The translations under genes were made by a program, and so were the position numbers. A DNA stretch of 22,104 nt from a candidate division WOR-3 bacterium (lineage in GTDB: Bacteria > Hydrothermota > Tepidihabitantia > Tepidihabitantales > Tepidihabitantaceae): contig CBFGIT010000039.1 in NCBI GenBank assembly GCA_965648905.1, positions 1 to 22,104 of the forward strand, read 5' to 3'. Positions 1-8,459 of the stretch are shown here, one piece after another; within the stretch, counting starts at the first letter, position 1; the number at the start of each line of letters is the position of its first letter. Under the pieces are notes generated by a model that had not been told where the DNA came from, searched no databases, and was given only the letters and a program-made list of their open reading frames with translations.

Positions 1-31
1 CGACGCCCGAATCGATTCTGGCTGCGCACCC

Positions 32-223
32 GAGAGCGCAGTGCCGAGCCACAAGGAGAGCCGAAAGGACTGCGCCTCGGGTCGCGGCAGCCACCGGGGC
101 TCGGGCCGCGCCGGCCTGAGCCGCGGCCCAAGCCGCAGGGAAAGCCGCGAAGAGAGCGCTTGGGGGTTTGCTCTGGAGAGCGGTTCCCTGAACCGTATGG
201 GGAACCGTTCCCCCCGGGGGTTC
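32..223 (+). repeat. Degenerate 12-bp-period tandem repeat (many units nnnAGCnnnnnn), open in one frame as xSxx tetrapeptides
   Basis: Units gagagcgcagtg, ccgagccacaag, gagagccgaaag ... ctgagccgcggc, ccaagccgcagg, gaaagccgcgaa, gagagcgcttgg, gagagcggttcc at 12-nt spacing; frame open from window start to TGA 224-226. Confidence 0.5.
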
Positions 224-364
224 TGAATACCGGTCCATTTTCGGATAACTTCATGATGCTTTGAGGGTTGAGTCTCGAAACCGGCCAAATCGCCATTATA
301 CAATTCTGCTTGGTGGCCTCTGAGTCGCCGAGCAGTCTGGCCGAAGTCAGCGCCTGTGCGCCGC

Positions 365-934
365 TCAGGTTGTCACGCGGTGAACAGGAAGAGCTGCGCT
401 GGCCGGGTCGCTCCGGAGCATTTCGCTGAGCCGGCAACAGAATGAGGCGCCGCGCTCGGGCAGCATCCAGAGCGGAATCCGAACCGGCTTGCTGCCGCGC
501 ACATGGAGGAGCAGGGTCTCAACGTGCCAGCCGTCTGGTCCGGCCCAGGGAAAGACCGGTCGTCCTCGGATGACTTCGACCCTGACTACTTCATATGGCT
601 GGACAAACCAGCGGACCTGACCCTTTTCGTCGACTTCCTGGACAAAGGCGTTGGTGACAACCAGCCGTTTGCCCAGAGCGTGGAGAAAGCCGCCCGGGTC
701 AGCAAGCAGGCCCATTGTGCCGAGTCCGATGCTGAGCAGGGCAAGCAGCGCCCAGCACAAGGCCAGACCGCCGCTGCCCCAGGCGGCAAGCGCGACCAGC
801 ACGGCCAGACCGCCAAACAAACAGACGCCGAGCCAGGTTGTGTATCGGTATTCGTGCGGCAGGGCCGCGTCACGGACCGCGGCACGCGCGTATTCCGGGA
901 CCCAGAGACCTTCCTGTTGATTCAATGACAGCAA
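365..934 (-). CDS. Hypothetical membrane protein (two TM helices plus soluble C-terminal domain)
   Basis: Hydrophobic segments WLGVCLFGGLAVLVALAAW and LALCWALLALLSIGLGTMGLLA; promoter-like TGGACT-17-TACAAT upstream; start (TTG 934 or 925) uncertain. Confidence 0.65.
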   Translation of the reverse strand: MLSLNQQEGLWVPEYARAAVRDAALPHEYRYTTWLGVCLFGGLAVLVALAAWGSGGLALCWALLALLSIGLGTMGLLADPGGFLHALGKRLVVTNAFVQEVDEKGQVRWFVQPYEVVRVEVIRGRPVFPWAGPDGWHVETLLLHVRGSKPVRIPLWMLPERGASFCCRLSEMLRSDPASAALPVHRVTT

Positions 935-938
935 TATA

Positions 939-967
939 ATTGTAGCCGAAGATAGAAGGGTAGTCCA
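939..967 (-). promoter_or_regulatory. Putative sigma70 promoter
   Basis: Minus strand TGGACT (967-962), 17-nt spacer, TACAAT (944-939). Confidence 0.5.
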
Positions 968-991
968 GTCGGGCCGGAGCTTCTGCCCGAC

Positions 992-1822
992 CTACTTCAG
1001 GGCCGGACCGAGCGCTCGAACCGACTCTTGAACCTGGCTCTGGAGCCGAGCCAGAGTTCGTCGGCGGGTCTCAGAGCGGCGGCGGTGGCTGTTCGCGACG
1101 TTCAGTTTCACATCAAACCCGGCAGGGTTGCCCTGCGCCAGCGCGGTTACCGCTTCCTCCATTGTCCGCAGGTACTGATACTGGTCGTCGGCCTCGCTCG
1201 TCAGCATGGCCAGCCACCGGTCAGCCGCAGTGTACGCGACGCTCAGTCGATACCCGAGCCCGGCCCCGGCCTGCCTTGACGCCAGTCGTATCTGCTCGAC
1301 CCGAGGCCGCGACTGGCTTATCAGTGCCCGGACGCTGTCGGCGAGCAGCGCGGCTTTTCTGAATCGAGTCACGGCATCGGTCGCGGTTGCTGAGTCGAGA
1401 GAGCCGGTCGGCAGCAGGTCGCGGGCACTGGCCCAGCGCGAAAGAGCGTAGCGGTGGACCGTATCGAGCATGGCGAGCGCGGAAAGCGTCTGCTCGACCG
1501 GCCCGGCTGCGGTCTGCTTCGGCTGGTCCGGCCTGAGCTGGACCGGCTCAGTGGGCAGGCGTTCGGCAGTCGTGGGCGTGTCTGGTACTGCGCTTCCGGT
1601 AACGTTGTATCTGGGCAAAGGCGGTCGATAGAGCAGGACCAGAACAATCGTCAGGAGCAGGAGTATGGCTGTAACCCCAAGCCCACCGGTTCGGAATCGG
1701 GCAACCCACTTCGCTCCCGAACGTTCCGGAGCGGACAGCGGGGGCAGAACCGGACCGGGCGAAGCGCCGGGCTGATGGCCCGAGCTCGGCTTCGAATGGT
1801 CCTGGGGCGATTCGGGTGTCAT
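992..1822 (-). CDS. Hypothetical single-pass membrane protein with helical/coiled-coil C-terminal region
   Basis: 276-aa ORF; Pro-rich N-terminus, TM segment GLGVTAILLLLTIVLVLLY, Ala/Arg/Leu-rich helical remainder; upstream promoter. Confidence 0.7.
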   Translation of the reverse strand: MTPESPQDHSKPSSGHQPGASPGPVLPPLSAPERSGAKWVARFRTGGLGVTAILLLLTIVLVLLYRPPLPRYNVTGSAVPDTPTTAERLPTEPVQLRPDQPKQTAAGPVEQTLSALAMLDTVHRYALSRWASARDLLPTGSLDSATATDAVTRFRKAALLADSVRALISQSRPRVEQIRLASRQAGAGLGYRLSVAYTAADRWLAMLTSEADDQYQYLRTMEEAVTALAQGNPAGFDVKLNVANSHRRRSETRRRTLARLQSQVQESVRALGPALK

Positions 1823-1842
1823 ATTTGCGCCAACTGACTCAA

Positions 1843-1871
1843 ACCATAGGCGAGGAAGCCGGCTCTGTCAA
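1843..1871 (-). promoter_or_regulatory. Putative sigma70 promoter
   Basis: Minus strand TTGACA (1871-1866), 17-nt spacer, TATGGT (1848-1843). Confidence 0.6.
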
Positions 1872-1890
1872 CCCCTTCAGGCAGCCGGGC

Positions 1891-1918
1891 TTGCAGGTGC
1901 GGTGCGCCCAACTAGAAT
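1891..1918 (+). promoter_or_regulatory. Putative sigma70 promoter for chrA (leaderless geometry)
   Basis: TTGCAG 1891-1896, 16-nt spacer, TAGAAT 1913-1918, GTG start 6 nt later. Confidence 0.6.
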
Positions 1919-1924
1919 CTGACC

Positions 1925-3079
1925 GTGACTCAGGCTGACGAGCTCAGGCCGGGCAGGTCCGGCCGCGTTTCGCTGGCGGAAATTGCCCGGTCGTTTCTGA
2001 AGCTGGGGTCGATCGGGTTCGGCGGCGGTGTCGGCATGCTTGCCCTGCTGCGGAACGAGGTGGTCGAGCGGAAGCGCTGGATCGATGACCGGCAACTCGG
2101 TGTCGCCGTGACGATGGGCCAGATGCTGCCCGGGCCGTTTGTCTCGAACTACGCCGAGTACGTCGGCTATCAACTGCGCGGCTGGCAGGGAATGGTCGTG
2201 GCCGGGCTGGCTCTACTCGCGCCGTGCTTTGTCCTGATGGTCGGCCTGAGCATCCTCTATTTCCGATTCGGCAGCGTGCCGGTTGTAATGCGCGTCTTTG
2301 CCGGCGTGCAGCCGGTCGTGGTCGGAATCCTTGCCTGGGCAACCTACACCATCGGTCGCGCCAACCTGAAAAGCCGTCAGAGCCTGCTGATTGCCGCGAT
2401 TGCCGCCCTGGCACTCTTTTTCCGCGGAGACGTGCTGCTCGTGGTCATCGGCTGCGGGGTGCTCGGCATTGTCCTGTCGGCAAAGAAGATTCCGGCCGCA
2501 TCCGGCGTTCTCATACTGCTACCGGTCTTGCTTGGCGCCGCGGGCAGCGCGCCCGGCATCCTGGCCCGGGCCGGCGAACTTGCTCTGGTCTTCTTCAAGG
2601 TCGGTACGGTCATTTTCGGCGGCGGATTTGCTGCCATCCCCTTTCTCCAGCACGAGGTCGTGGACGTGCGCCAGTGGCTGACGATGCGCGAGTTTATCGA
2701 CGGCGTGGCCCTGGGCCAGATTACGCCCGGCCCGGTCGCGATTACTGCGGCGTTCATCGGCTACAAGGTGCTTGGCGTTCCGGGCGCGTTCGTGGCTGCG
2801 GCCGGGACCTTTCTGCCTTCAGGCCTGATGCTCTGGGGCTTGATTAGGGTCTATCGTCGGGTAGAATCAAACACACTCGTGCAGAGATTTCTTTCCGGCA
2901 TCATGCCGGCGGTAACCGGGATGTTGCTCGTAACGACCGTGGCGGTCGGACGCAGCGCCGTCACCGGCCCGGTCCAGGCCGTGGTTGCGCCGCTCGCGCT
3001 GACCCTGCTCTTGCGGTTCAGGCTTGACCCGGTCTGGCTGGTTCTGGCCGGCGGAGTGGTCGGCCTGGTGTCGGCCTGA
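1925..3079 (+). CDS. chrA: Chromate efflux transporter, long-chain (bidomain) CHR family
   Basis: Two homologous halves: FLKLGSIGFGGG...GQMLPGP and FFKVGTVIFGGG...ALGQITPGP; highly hydrophobic. Confidence 0.92.
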   Translation: MTQADELRPGRSGRVSLAEIARSFLKLGSIGFGGGVGMLALLRNEVVERKRWIDDRQLGVAVTMGQMLPGPFVSNYAEYVGYQLRGWQGMVVAGLALLAPCFVLMVGLSILYFRFGSVPVVMRVFAGVQPVVVGILAWATYTIGRANLKSRQSLLIAAIAALALFFRGDVLLVVIGCGVLGIVLSAKKIPAASGVLILLPVLLGAAGSAPGILARAGELALVFFKVGTVIFGGGFAAIPFLQHEVVDVRQWLTMREFIDGVALGQITPGPVAITAAFIGYKVLGVPGAFVAAAGTFLPSGLMLWGLIRVYRRVESNTLVQRFLSGIMPAVTGMLLVTTVAVGRSAVTGPVQAVVAPLALTLLLRFRLDPVWLVLAGGVVGLVSA

Positions 3080-3089
3080 ATGAATGAGA

Positions 3090-3117
3090 TTGACTTAGGA
3101 GGAGCATGGTCTAACAT
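3090..3117 (+). promoter_or_regulatory. Putative sigma70 promoter for the C25 peptidase gene
   Basis: TTGACT 3090-3095, 16-nt spacer, TAACAT 3112-3117; same hexamer pair as the tRNA promoter. Confidence 0.55.
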
Positions 3118-3126
3118 CTCTGTCGT

Positions 3127-6100
3127 ATGACTTATCCCGCCCGACTGGTCTGCGCCGTTTCGGCTTTCTTCCTCGTCACAACCGTAGCTGCCCACGCGGC
3201 CAAAACCCGGCCGACCGGCCCGGACGCTTTCTCCGCACCGGCCGCACCTTCGGTCCTATCCGGCCCGGACCAGGCCCGGCCCGAGCCGAGTGTGGTCCAG
3301 CTTGTCAAGTCCGGACCGACCGGGGTTTCCTGTCGGGCGGTCGTCAACGAGTTCGACCTGGCCGTGTCTAGTGACGGTACGCAGGTTGGGGCCGAGGGTT
3401 GGTACCGTCTTGCTCAGCCCGGCGAACCGGACCTGCCCGGCCGGATTCTGCTCGTGGGCCTGCCCCAGCAGGGTGGTGTGCGGCTGGCGGTTTCGGTTAC
3501 CGGCACCGAGACCAGAACCGGCGTCACGGTCAGACCGGCACCGGGTTTCAGCGAGCGCCCGGCAGAGGACAGTCCGGGTGACGCTTCGGGCTGGTTCCCG
3601 GCCCAACCGGCCGAGCTCGTCGCCATCGAGACGATGCGCGGTATCCGGGTGGCAAGCATCAGGGTCAACCCGGCTCAGTACGACCGTTCCACCCGGACTC
3701 TGCGCCTGCACCGCGAGGTCAGGGTGGACGTGGAGTTTGAGTCACCGGCCCGGAACGTGGTCAGACATGACCCGTTGGATGAAGTCCTCGCAACGATGCT
3801 CATCAACGGTACAGACGCGGTGGGCTGGTCGATGCCGAGACTGCAGCCGGACACAGTCAACTTCTTCCTTCGCTCACCGGTCTGGTGCAAGGTCGTGACC
3901 GAGACCACCGGCATCTACCGCGTTACCCCGACCGAGCTGAAGAGTGCCGGCTTTGACCCGGACAATATCGTGCCGTCGACCATGAAGCTTTATTCAATCG
4001 GCCGCTATCCGGTCAACGGGCCCTACCCGGACACGATGGTCGAGCTGCCGGTGTACCTGAAAGAGAACGGCGACGGCAGGTTCAACGGCAGCGACTTCCT
4101 TGCGTTCTACGCTGAAGCGGCGTCGTGGTTCGACCCGGGCGATACGTCCTGGCGGTCTAACCCGTTCACGCCGCACTCCTGCTTCTGGCTGACCTGGGGC
4201 GGCGCGACGGGCCGGCGCATGGCCGCAGTGCCGGCCGCGGGTGCGGTCAACCCGAGTGCCACTGCGCCCCGGCGACTGCATCTTGAATACGACAGCCTGT
4301 GTCCGGCCCGGTCCGGTCTGCTCTGGCTGTGGCGCCGGTTCTACAAGCCGGCCGACGTTGAATCGGGCGTCGGCCCGGTCGCGCTCCGTCTGCCCCAGCG
4401 CGACACCATCTATTCTCTCTCGGGCCGAGTCCTAGGCGTGGCTCCGACCAGCTCGCTCGTCTATCGGCCGGTCGTGCTGACCCTGAACGGGTTCCTGCTC
4501 GACACGCTCAGCGTCGGCGCCAAAGCGTCGACTCCGCCCTGGACCAGTTTCTCTTTCAGCGGCCTGCCGACGAGCGCAAGCGCGCGCGGTACCAGGACCG
4601 ACACCCTCACGGTCCGGCTCGTCTCGGCCCAGGAGTCGGACGTCTATCTTGACTACCTTGAAATCCGCTATGCCCAGAAACTGAAGCTGTCCGCTGACTT
4701 TCCCTACCTTGAGTTCTCCTACGAGAGCGCAGGCGTGGTCGAGTTCAGCATTGACGGCGCGGCCCGCGACGGCATCGTGCTCGATGTCACTGACCCGTAT
4801 CAACCGCGCGAGGTTACCGATGCCCGGGTTTTGGGCAGCAAACTTGATTGCCGGCTGACCCTCGCCGGCCCGAGCCGGTTCTGCTGTGCGCTCAAGTCCC
4901 GGCTGCGCGCACCGGTGCGGGTCGAGCAGCGGACACCAGGAAACCTCCGCTCACCCCTCGAGCAGGCCGACTACTATATCGTCTGTCCGGACGAGTTCTT
5001 AACTGTGGCCCGGCTCTACGCCCGCTATCGCCAGGGCAGTGTTGCCGGCATCACGAACGCTGTGGTCCGGGAGGCCCGGCTTTCGGAAATCTACGACGAC
5101 TACGCGTTCGGCCAGGCCGAGCCTGGTGCCCTCAAACGCTTCCTTCAGGCCAAGCAACCTGCCTACGTGCTGCTGGCCGGCGACGGCACTTACGACTACA
5201 AGAACGTCCTCGGCCAGGCAGCCGGACCAATGGTACCGGCGTACGAACTCGGCTACGACGTCGACGCCGAGGTCTACGGCCAGACCGCCAAGGCGCTCGA
5301 CGCCTGGTACGCAGACCTGGACGGGAACGGTGTGAGCCCAGACCTGATTCTGGGCCGGGTGACGGTTCGCAGCGCAGCCGAGTTTCGGACGTTCCTCGAC
5401 AAGGTCCGGCGGTATGAGAGCCAGCCGCTCGGGTACTGGGCCAAACGGCTCATCCTCCTGGCGGACGACGAGTATCTCGGCGACCCGACCAAGCCGGACG
5501 GCATCGGCTTTGCCCACATCAACGGCTGCGAACAGATTGCCAACATCGGTTACGGCCTGTTTGACCCGGCCAAGGTTTACCTGACTGAGTATCCAATCGG
5601 CCAGCGCGGCAGCGGCTCAGAGGCTGCACTGCGCACCGAGTTGAACCGCGGAGCACTGCTCTGGTTCTTTTTCGGCCACGGAGCCGGATTCCAGCTCAAC
5701 CACGAGATGACGCTGCACATCACCAACTCCCTGCCCAATATCAGCAACGGCACGCGCACGCCCCTGGCCTTCTTCGGCTCCTGCGGGGTGGGCCGGTTCG
5801 ACGACACGAAATACTCAAGCATCGCCGAAGAGCTGGTGCGCAAAGAAGACGGCTGCATCATTACCTCGGGTGCGACCAAGGCGACTTCACCGGGCGGGAA
5901 CGAGATGCTCGCGCAAATCTGGCTTCGCCAACTCCTCAACTACCCTGCGCGCACGACCGGCATGGCCTTCTTCGAGGCCTGGCGTACCAACACGCTCTAT
6001 CACTTCTTTGGCGACCCGGCAACCCTGCTCCGAACTCCGCTTGCCGGCCCGAGTCCGGAACCAAGACCCGACACGTTCTACCCGGGCGGACGCATGAGCG

Positions 6101-7107
6101 TCCGCGGCACCGCATCGTCCACCCGCGGTACCTACGACGTGGCTGCCTATGAAGCCGAGTGGCTGAGGACCTACCAGTCAGACCGAGGCACGGCTTCGTA
6201 CGTCCTGCCTGGTTACACGATTCACTCGGGCTGCGGAACGTTCGACTCCGGCGTTGTGCATACCTCGTTCATCGTGCCTAAGGTTCCCTATCCTGAGACG
6301 ACGGTTGTGCCCAATGGTCGCTATGTCCGCGAGCCCGGGTCGGGCCGGGTGAGCCTGCTCGTCAGCGGTGACGCTGGAACCTACTCAAGCCTGCGTACTC
6401 AGGTCCCGCTCGGAGCCCCGGTCGCGGTCACTGACAGCCTGCCGCCGCAGGTCACGCTCTACGCCGGTGACATTCTGCTACGGCCCAGGGACACGACCCT
6501 CGTGCCCAAGAGTTTCAGTCTGACCGGGGTGGTGAGCGATGAGTCCGGGGTCATGCTCCTGCCCATCCCCGAGCTGGCGTTCACGCTTTCTATCGGCACA
6601 GGCCAGCGCACGAGTATTGCCGACTACTTCGCCTACGACCAGAACTCGACGACCACCGGCCGTTTCAGCTATCCGATACAGTTGTCCGAATCGCTGACGA
6701 TCCTCACGGTCCGTGCTGCGGACAACGTTGCCGACCCGGCCAACCCGGGCCTGAACCGGACAACTGTTTCGGTCGCGGTCAGAATCAGACCGGGCGACGC
6801 GCTGAAGCTGACCGACTGCCTGGTCTATCCAAACCCGGCCGCGGGCCGGGCCGCGTTCACGTTCAACCTGTCAATGCCGGCCCTGGTTTCGGTCCGGATT
6901 TTCACGATATCAGGCCGGCTCGTGCGCCGAATCGAGGCTCAACCGCGCGGTTTCGGGTTCGGCCAGCTCGACTGGGACGGGTTGGACAAAGACGGCCAGC
7001 CCCTGGCCAACGGTATCTACCTGTACAAGCTCGATGCCCGGCCACTCGACGGCGGTAGCGCGGGCAGCTCGGCCAGCTTCCGCGACAAGTTCATCGTCTA
7101 CCGTTAG
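3127..7107 (+). CDS. Secreted peptidase family C25 (gingipain/PorU-like) with propeptide-like N-terminal domain and C-terminal FlgD-Ig/T9SS type A sorting-like domain
   Basis: Signal peptide (...TTVAAHA); TETTGIYRVT, YVLLAGDGTYDYK, LGRV motifs; catalytic FFGHG (His codon 5677) and FFGSC (Cys codon 5782); C-terminal YPNP...RIFTISGRLVR...WDGLDKDGQPLANGIYLYKL. Confidence 0.88.
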   Translation: MTYPARLVCAVSAFFLVTTVAAHAAKTRPTGPDAFSAPAAPSVLSGPDQARPEPSVVQLVKSGPTGVSCRAVVNEFDLAVSSDGTQVGAEGWYRLAQPGEPDLPGRILLVGLPQQGGVRLAVSVTGTETRTGVTVRPAPGFSERPAEDSPGDASGWFPAQPAELVAIETMRGIRVASIRVNPAQYDRSTRTLRLHREVRVDVEFESPARNVVRHDPLDEVLATMLINGTDAVGWSMPRLQPDTVNFFLRSPVWCKVVTETTGIYRVTPTELKSAGFDPDNIVPSTMKLYSIGRYPVNGPYPDTMVELPVYLKENGDGRFNGSDFLAFYAEAASWFDPGDTSWRSNPFTPHSCFWLTWGGATGRRMAAVPAAGAVNPSATAPRRLHLEYDSLCPARSGLLWLWRRFYKPADVESGVGPVALRLPQRDTIYSLSGRVLGVAPTSSLVYRPVVLTLNGFLLDTLSVGAKASTPPWTSFSFSGLPTSASARGTRTDTLTVRLVSAQESDVYLDYLEIRYAQKLKLSADFPYLEFSYESAGVVEFSIDGAARDGIVLDVTDPYQPREVTDARVLGSKLDCRLTLAGPSRFCCALKSRLRAPVRVEQRTPGNLRSPLEQADYYIVCPDEFLTVARLYARYRQGSVAGITNAVVREARLSEIYDDYAFGQAEPGALKRFLQAKQPAYVLLAGDGTYDYKNVLGQAAGPMVPAYELGYDVDAEVYGQTAKALDAWYADLDGNGVSPDLILGRVTVRSAAEFRTFLDKVRRYESQPLGYWAKRLILLADDEYLGDPTKPDGIGFAHINGCEQIANIGYGLFDPAKVYLTEYPIGQRGSGSEAALRTELNRGALLWFFFGHGAGFQLNHEMTLHITNSLPNISNGTRTPLAFFGSCGVGRFDDTKYSSIAEELVRKEDGCIITSGATKATSPGGNEMLAQIWLRQLLNYPARTTGMAFFEAWRTNTLYHFFGDPATLLRTPLAGPSPEPRPDTFYPGGRMSVRGTASSTRGTYDVAAYEAEWLRTYQSDRGTASYVLPGYTIHSGCGTFDSGVVHTSFIVPKVPYPETTVVPNGRYVREPGSGRVSLLVSGDAGTYSSLRTQVPLGAPVAVTDSLPPQVTLYAGDILLRPRDTTLVPKSFSLTGVVSDESGVMLLPIPELAFTLSIGTGQRTSIADYFAYDQNSTTTGRFSYPIQLSESLTILTVRAADNVADPANPGLNRTTVSVAVRIRPGDALKLTDCLVYPNPAAGRAAFTFNLSMPALVSVRIFTISGRLVRRIEAQPRGFGFGQLDWDGLDKDGQPLANGIYLYKLDARPLDGGSAGSSASFRDKFIVYR

Positions 7108-7126
7108 CAGGGTGGTTCGACCTGCC

Positions 7127-7154
7127 TTGACTTGGCCGGCCGGTTCCCTAACAT
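7127..7154 (+). promoter_or_regulatory. Putative sigma70 promoter for tRNA-Arg and nitroreductase
   Basis: TTGACT 7127-7132, 16-nt spacer, TAACAT 7149-7154. Confidence 0.6.
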
Positions 7155-7204
7155 AGACGTGCAGGTTATCAGGGAACAAAGAGACTAACCCAACCGACAC
7201 CTGT

Positions 7205-7278
7205 GCGCCCGTAGCTCAGATGGATAGAGCGGCAGACTCCGGATCTGCAGGCCACGCGTTCAACTCGCGTCGGGCGCT
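7205..7278 (+). tRNA. tRNA-Arg (anticodon CCG), CCA not encoded
   Basis: Acceptor GCGCCCG/CGGGCGC, D stem GCTC/GAGC with loop AGATGGATA (A20), anticodon stem GCAGA/TCTGC with loop CT-CCG-GA, T stem ACGCG/CGCGT with loop TTCAACT. Confidence 0.95.
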
Positions 7279-7331
7279 TGTTTCTTCTCCAGTATCGGAT
7301 TCACCATCGGTGATGCTCCCAGGGAGGTCCT

Positions 7332-7850
7332 GTGGATTTCTACGAAGCAGTCCGTAACCGCCTGAGTGTCCGCGCCTACCGACCCGACCCGGTGCCCGAG
7401 GATGTGCTCAAGCGCATCCTTGAAGCCGGCCGTCTCGCCCCGTCGGCCAAGAACTACCAGCCGTGGAAGTTCATCGTCGTCAAGGACGAGCAGGTTCGGG
7501 CGGCACTCGTGCCGGCCTGCCGGGGGCAGGCATTTGTCGGTGCCGCTCCGGTGACCATCTGTGCCTGCGCCCTGGTCGAACAGGCCTGGAAAGGCATGGG
7601 CGGCTACTGGTCGGCCGAAGCAGTTGACGTCACCATCGCGCTGGAGCACATGATACTTGCGGCTGCGGCTGAAGGACTTGGGACGTGCTGGATTGGAGCG
7701 TTCATCGAAGCCGAGGTCAGGAAGGTGCTTGCCATCCCCGAGAACGCGAAGCCGATTGCGCTGACGCCACTCGGCTACCCGGCCAGACCCGGGACCCCGC
7801 GGCCGCGCCGACCGCTTGACGAAATCGTCTGCTACGACCGGTTCTGCTAG
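7332..7850 (+). CDS. Nitroreductase family protein
   Basis: RNRLSVRAY, GRLAPSAKNYQPWKF, LAAAAEGLGTCWIG, LGYP motifs; SD GGAGG before GTG. Confidence 0.93.
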   Translation: MDFYEAVRNRLSVRAYRPDPVPEDVLKRILEAGRLAPSAKNYQPWKFIVVKDEQVRAALVPACRGQAFVGAAPVTICACALVEQAWKGMGGYWSAEAVDVTIALEHMILAAAAEGLGTCWIGAFIEAEVRKVLAIPENAKPIALTPLGYPARPGTPRPRRPLDEIVCYDRFC

Positions 7851-7871
7851 CCGCAGCCCGGCGCTTTCTTC

Positions 7872-8312
7872 TCACCGTTCTTTCAGCTCCTTTTCCATCA
7901 CAATTGCGTCCTCGCCGTTCTCATAGTACCCCTTGCGGAGGTAGCTCGGCACGAATCCAAGCCGGGCATAGAACTGACGGGCAATCGTGTTCGACGGGCG
8001 GACTTCAAGGTACATCGACGCAGCCAGGTGGCTCCGGCCAAATGCGAACACCTCATCCATCAACCGGCTGCCGATACCCTGGCCGCGCGCTGCCGGTGCA
8101 ACTGCCAGGTTGGCAAGATGAACCTCACCCGTTCCCCACGCCACAGCGTAACCGACCACCTGTCCGTCAGACTCCGCCACAATGCAGCATCCGGCCGGCC
8201 GGCCGATGTCTGCCTTGAAGAACGACCGGCGCCACGGGCTGGCAAAGATGGCGTTCTCGAGCGCCATCACCTGGTCCAGGTCATTTTCAGTCATTGGTCT
8301 GATGGTCAGCAC
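7872..8312 (-). CDS. rimI: Ribosomal protein S18 alanine N-acetyltransferase (GNAT)
   Basis: TIRPMTENDL, NLAVAPAARGQGIG, LEVRPSN, RKGYY, EDAIVM; GTG at 8312 preferred over ATG 8324, which lies inside a putative -10 box. Confidence 0.9.
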   Translation of the reverse strand: MLTIRPMTENDLDQVMALENAIFASPWRRSFFKADIGRPAGCCIVAESDGQVVGYAVAWGTGEVHLANLAVAPAARGQGIGSRLMDEVFAFGRSHLAASMYLEVRPSNTIARQFYARLGFVPSYLRKGYYENGEDAIVMEKELKER

Positions 8313-8319
8313 TGCCAGT

Positions 8320-8347
8320 ATCATGCCCGGCGCAAGTTATCTGTCAA
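8320..8347 (-). promoter_or_regulatory. Putative sigma70 promoter for rimI
   Basis: Minus strand TTGACA (8347-8342), 16-nt spacer, CATGAT (8325-8320), GTG 7 nt downstream. Confidence 0.5.
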
Positions 8348-8425
8348 CACCAGCCCGACTGACCCAAGACCGCATCCGGTCCAGCTCCGACGCAATGGCA
8401 ACCCGGATGCTCCTTTCTGCCGGGC

Positions 8426-8453
8426 TTGAACTGGTCGCCAGTACGACTATCCT
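8426..8453 (+). promoter_or_regulatory. Putative sigma70 promoter for the beta-propeller gene
   Basis: TTGAAC 8426-8431, 16-nt spacer, TATCCT 8448-8453, GTG 6 nt downstream. Confidence 0.55.
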
Positions 8454-8459
8454 ATTCCT

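Noticed and set aside
296..325. Minus-strand TATAAT at 301-296
   Set aside because: No plausible -35 or extended -10, and no clear downstream gene.
503..928. 141-aa plus-strand ORF
   Set aside because: Antisense shadow of 365..934, which has TM helices and an upstream promoter.
7107..7125. Hairpin GCAGG-GTGGTTCGA-CCTGC as terminator or tRNA fragment
   Set aside because: Only a 5-bp stem, no U-tract and no other tRNA arms.
7205..7278. tRNA as a genomic island attachment site
   Set aside because: No integrase and no duplicated 3' end seen; flanking genes are housekeeping-like.
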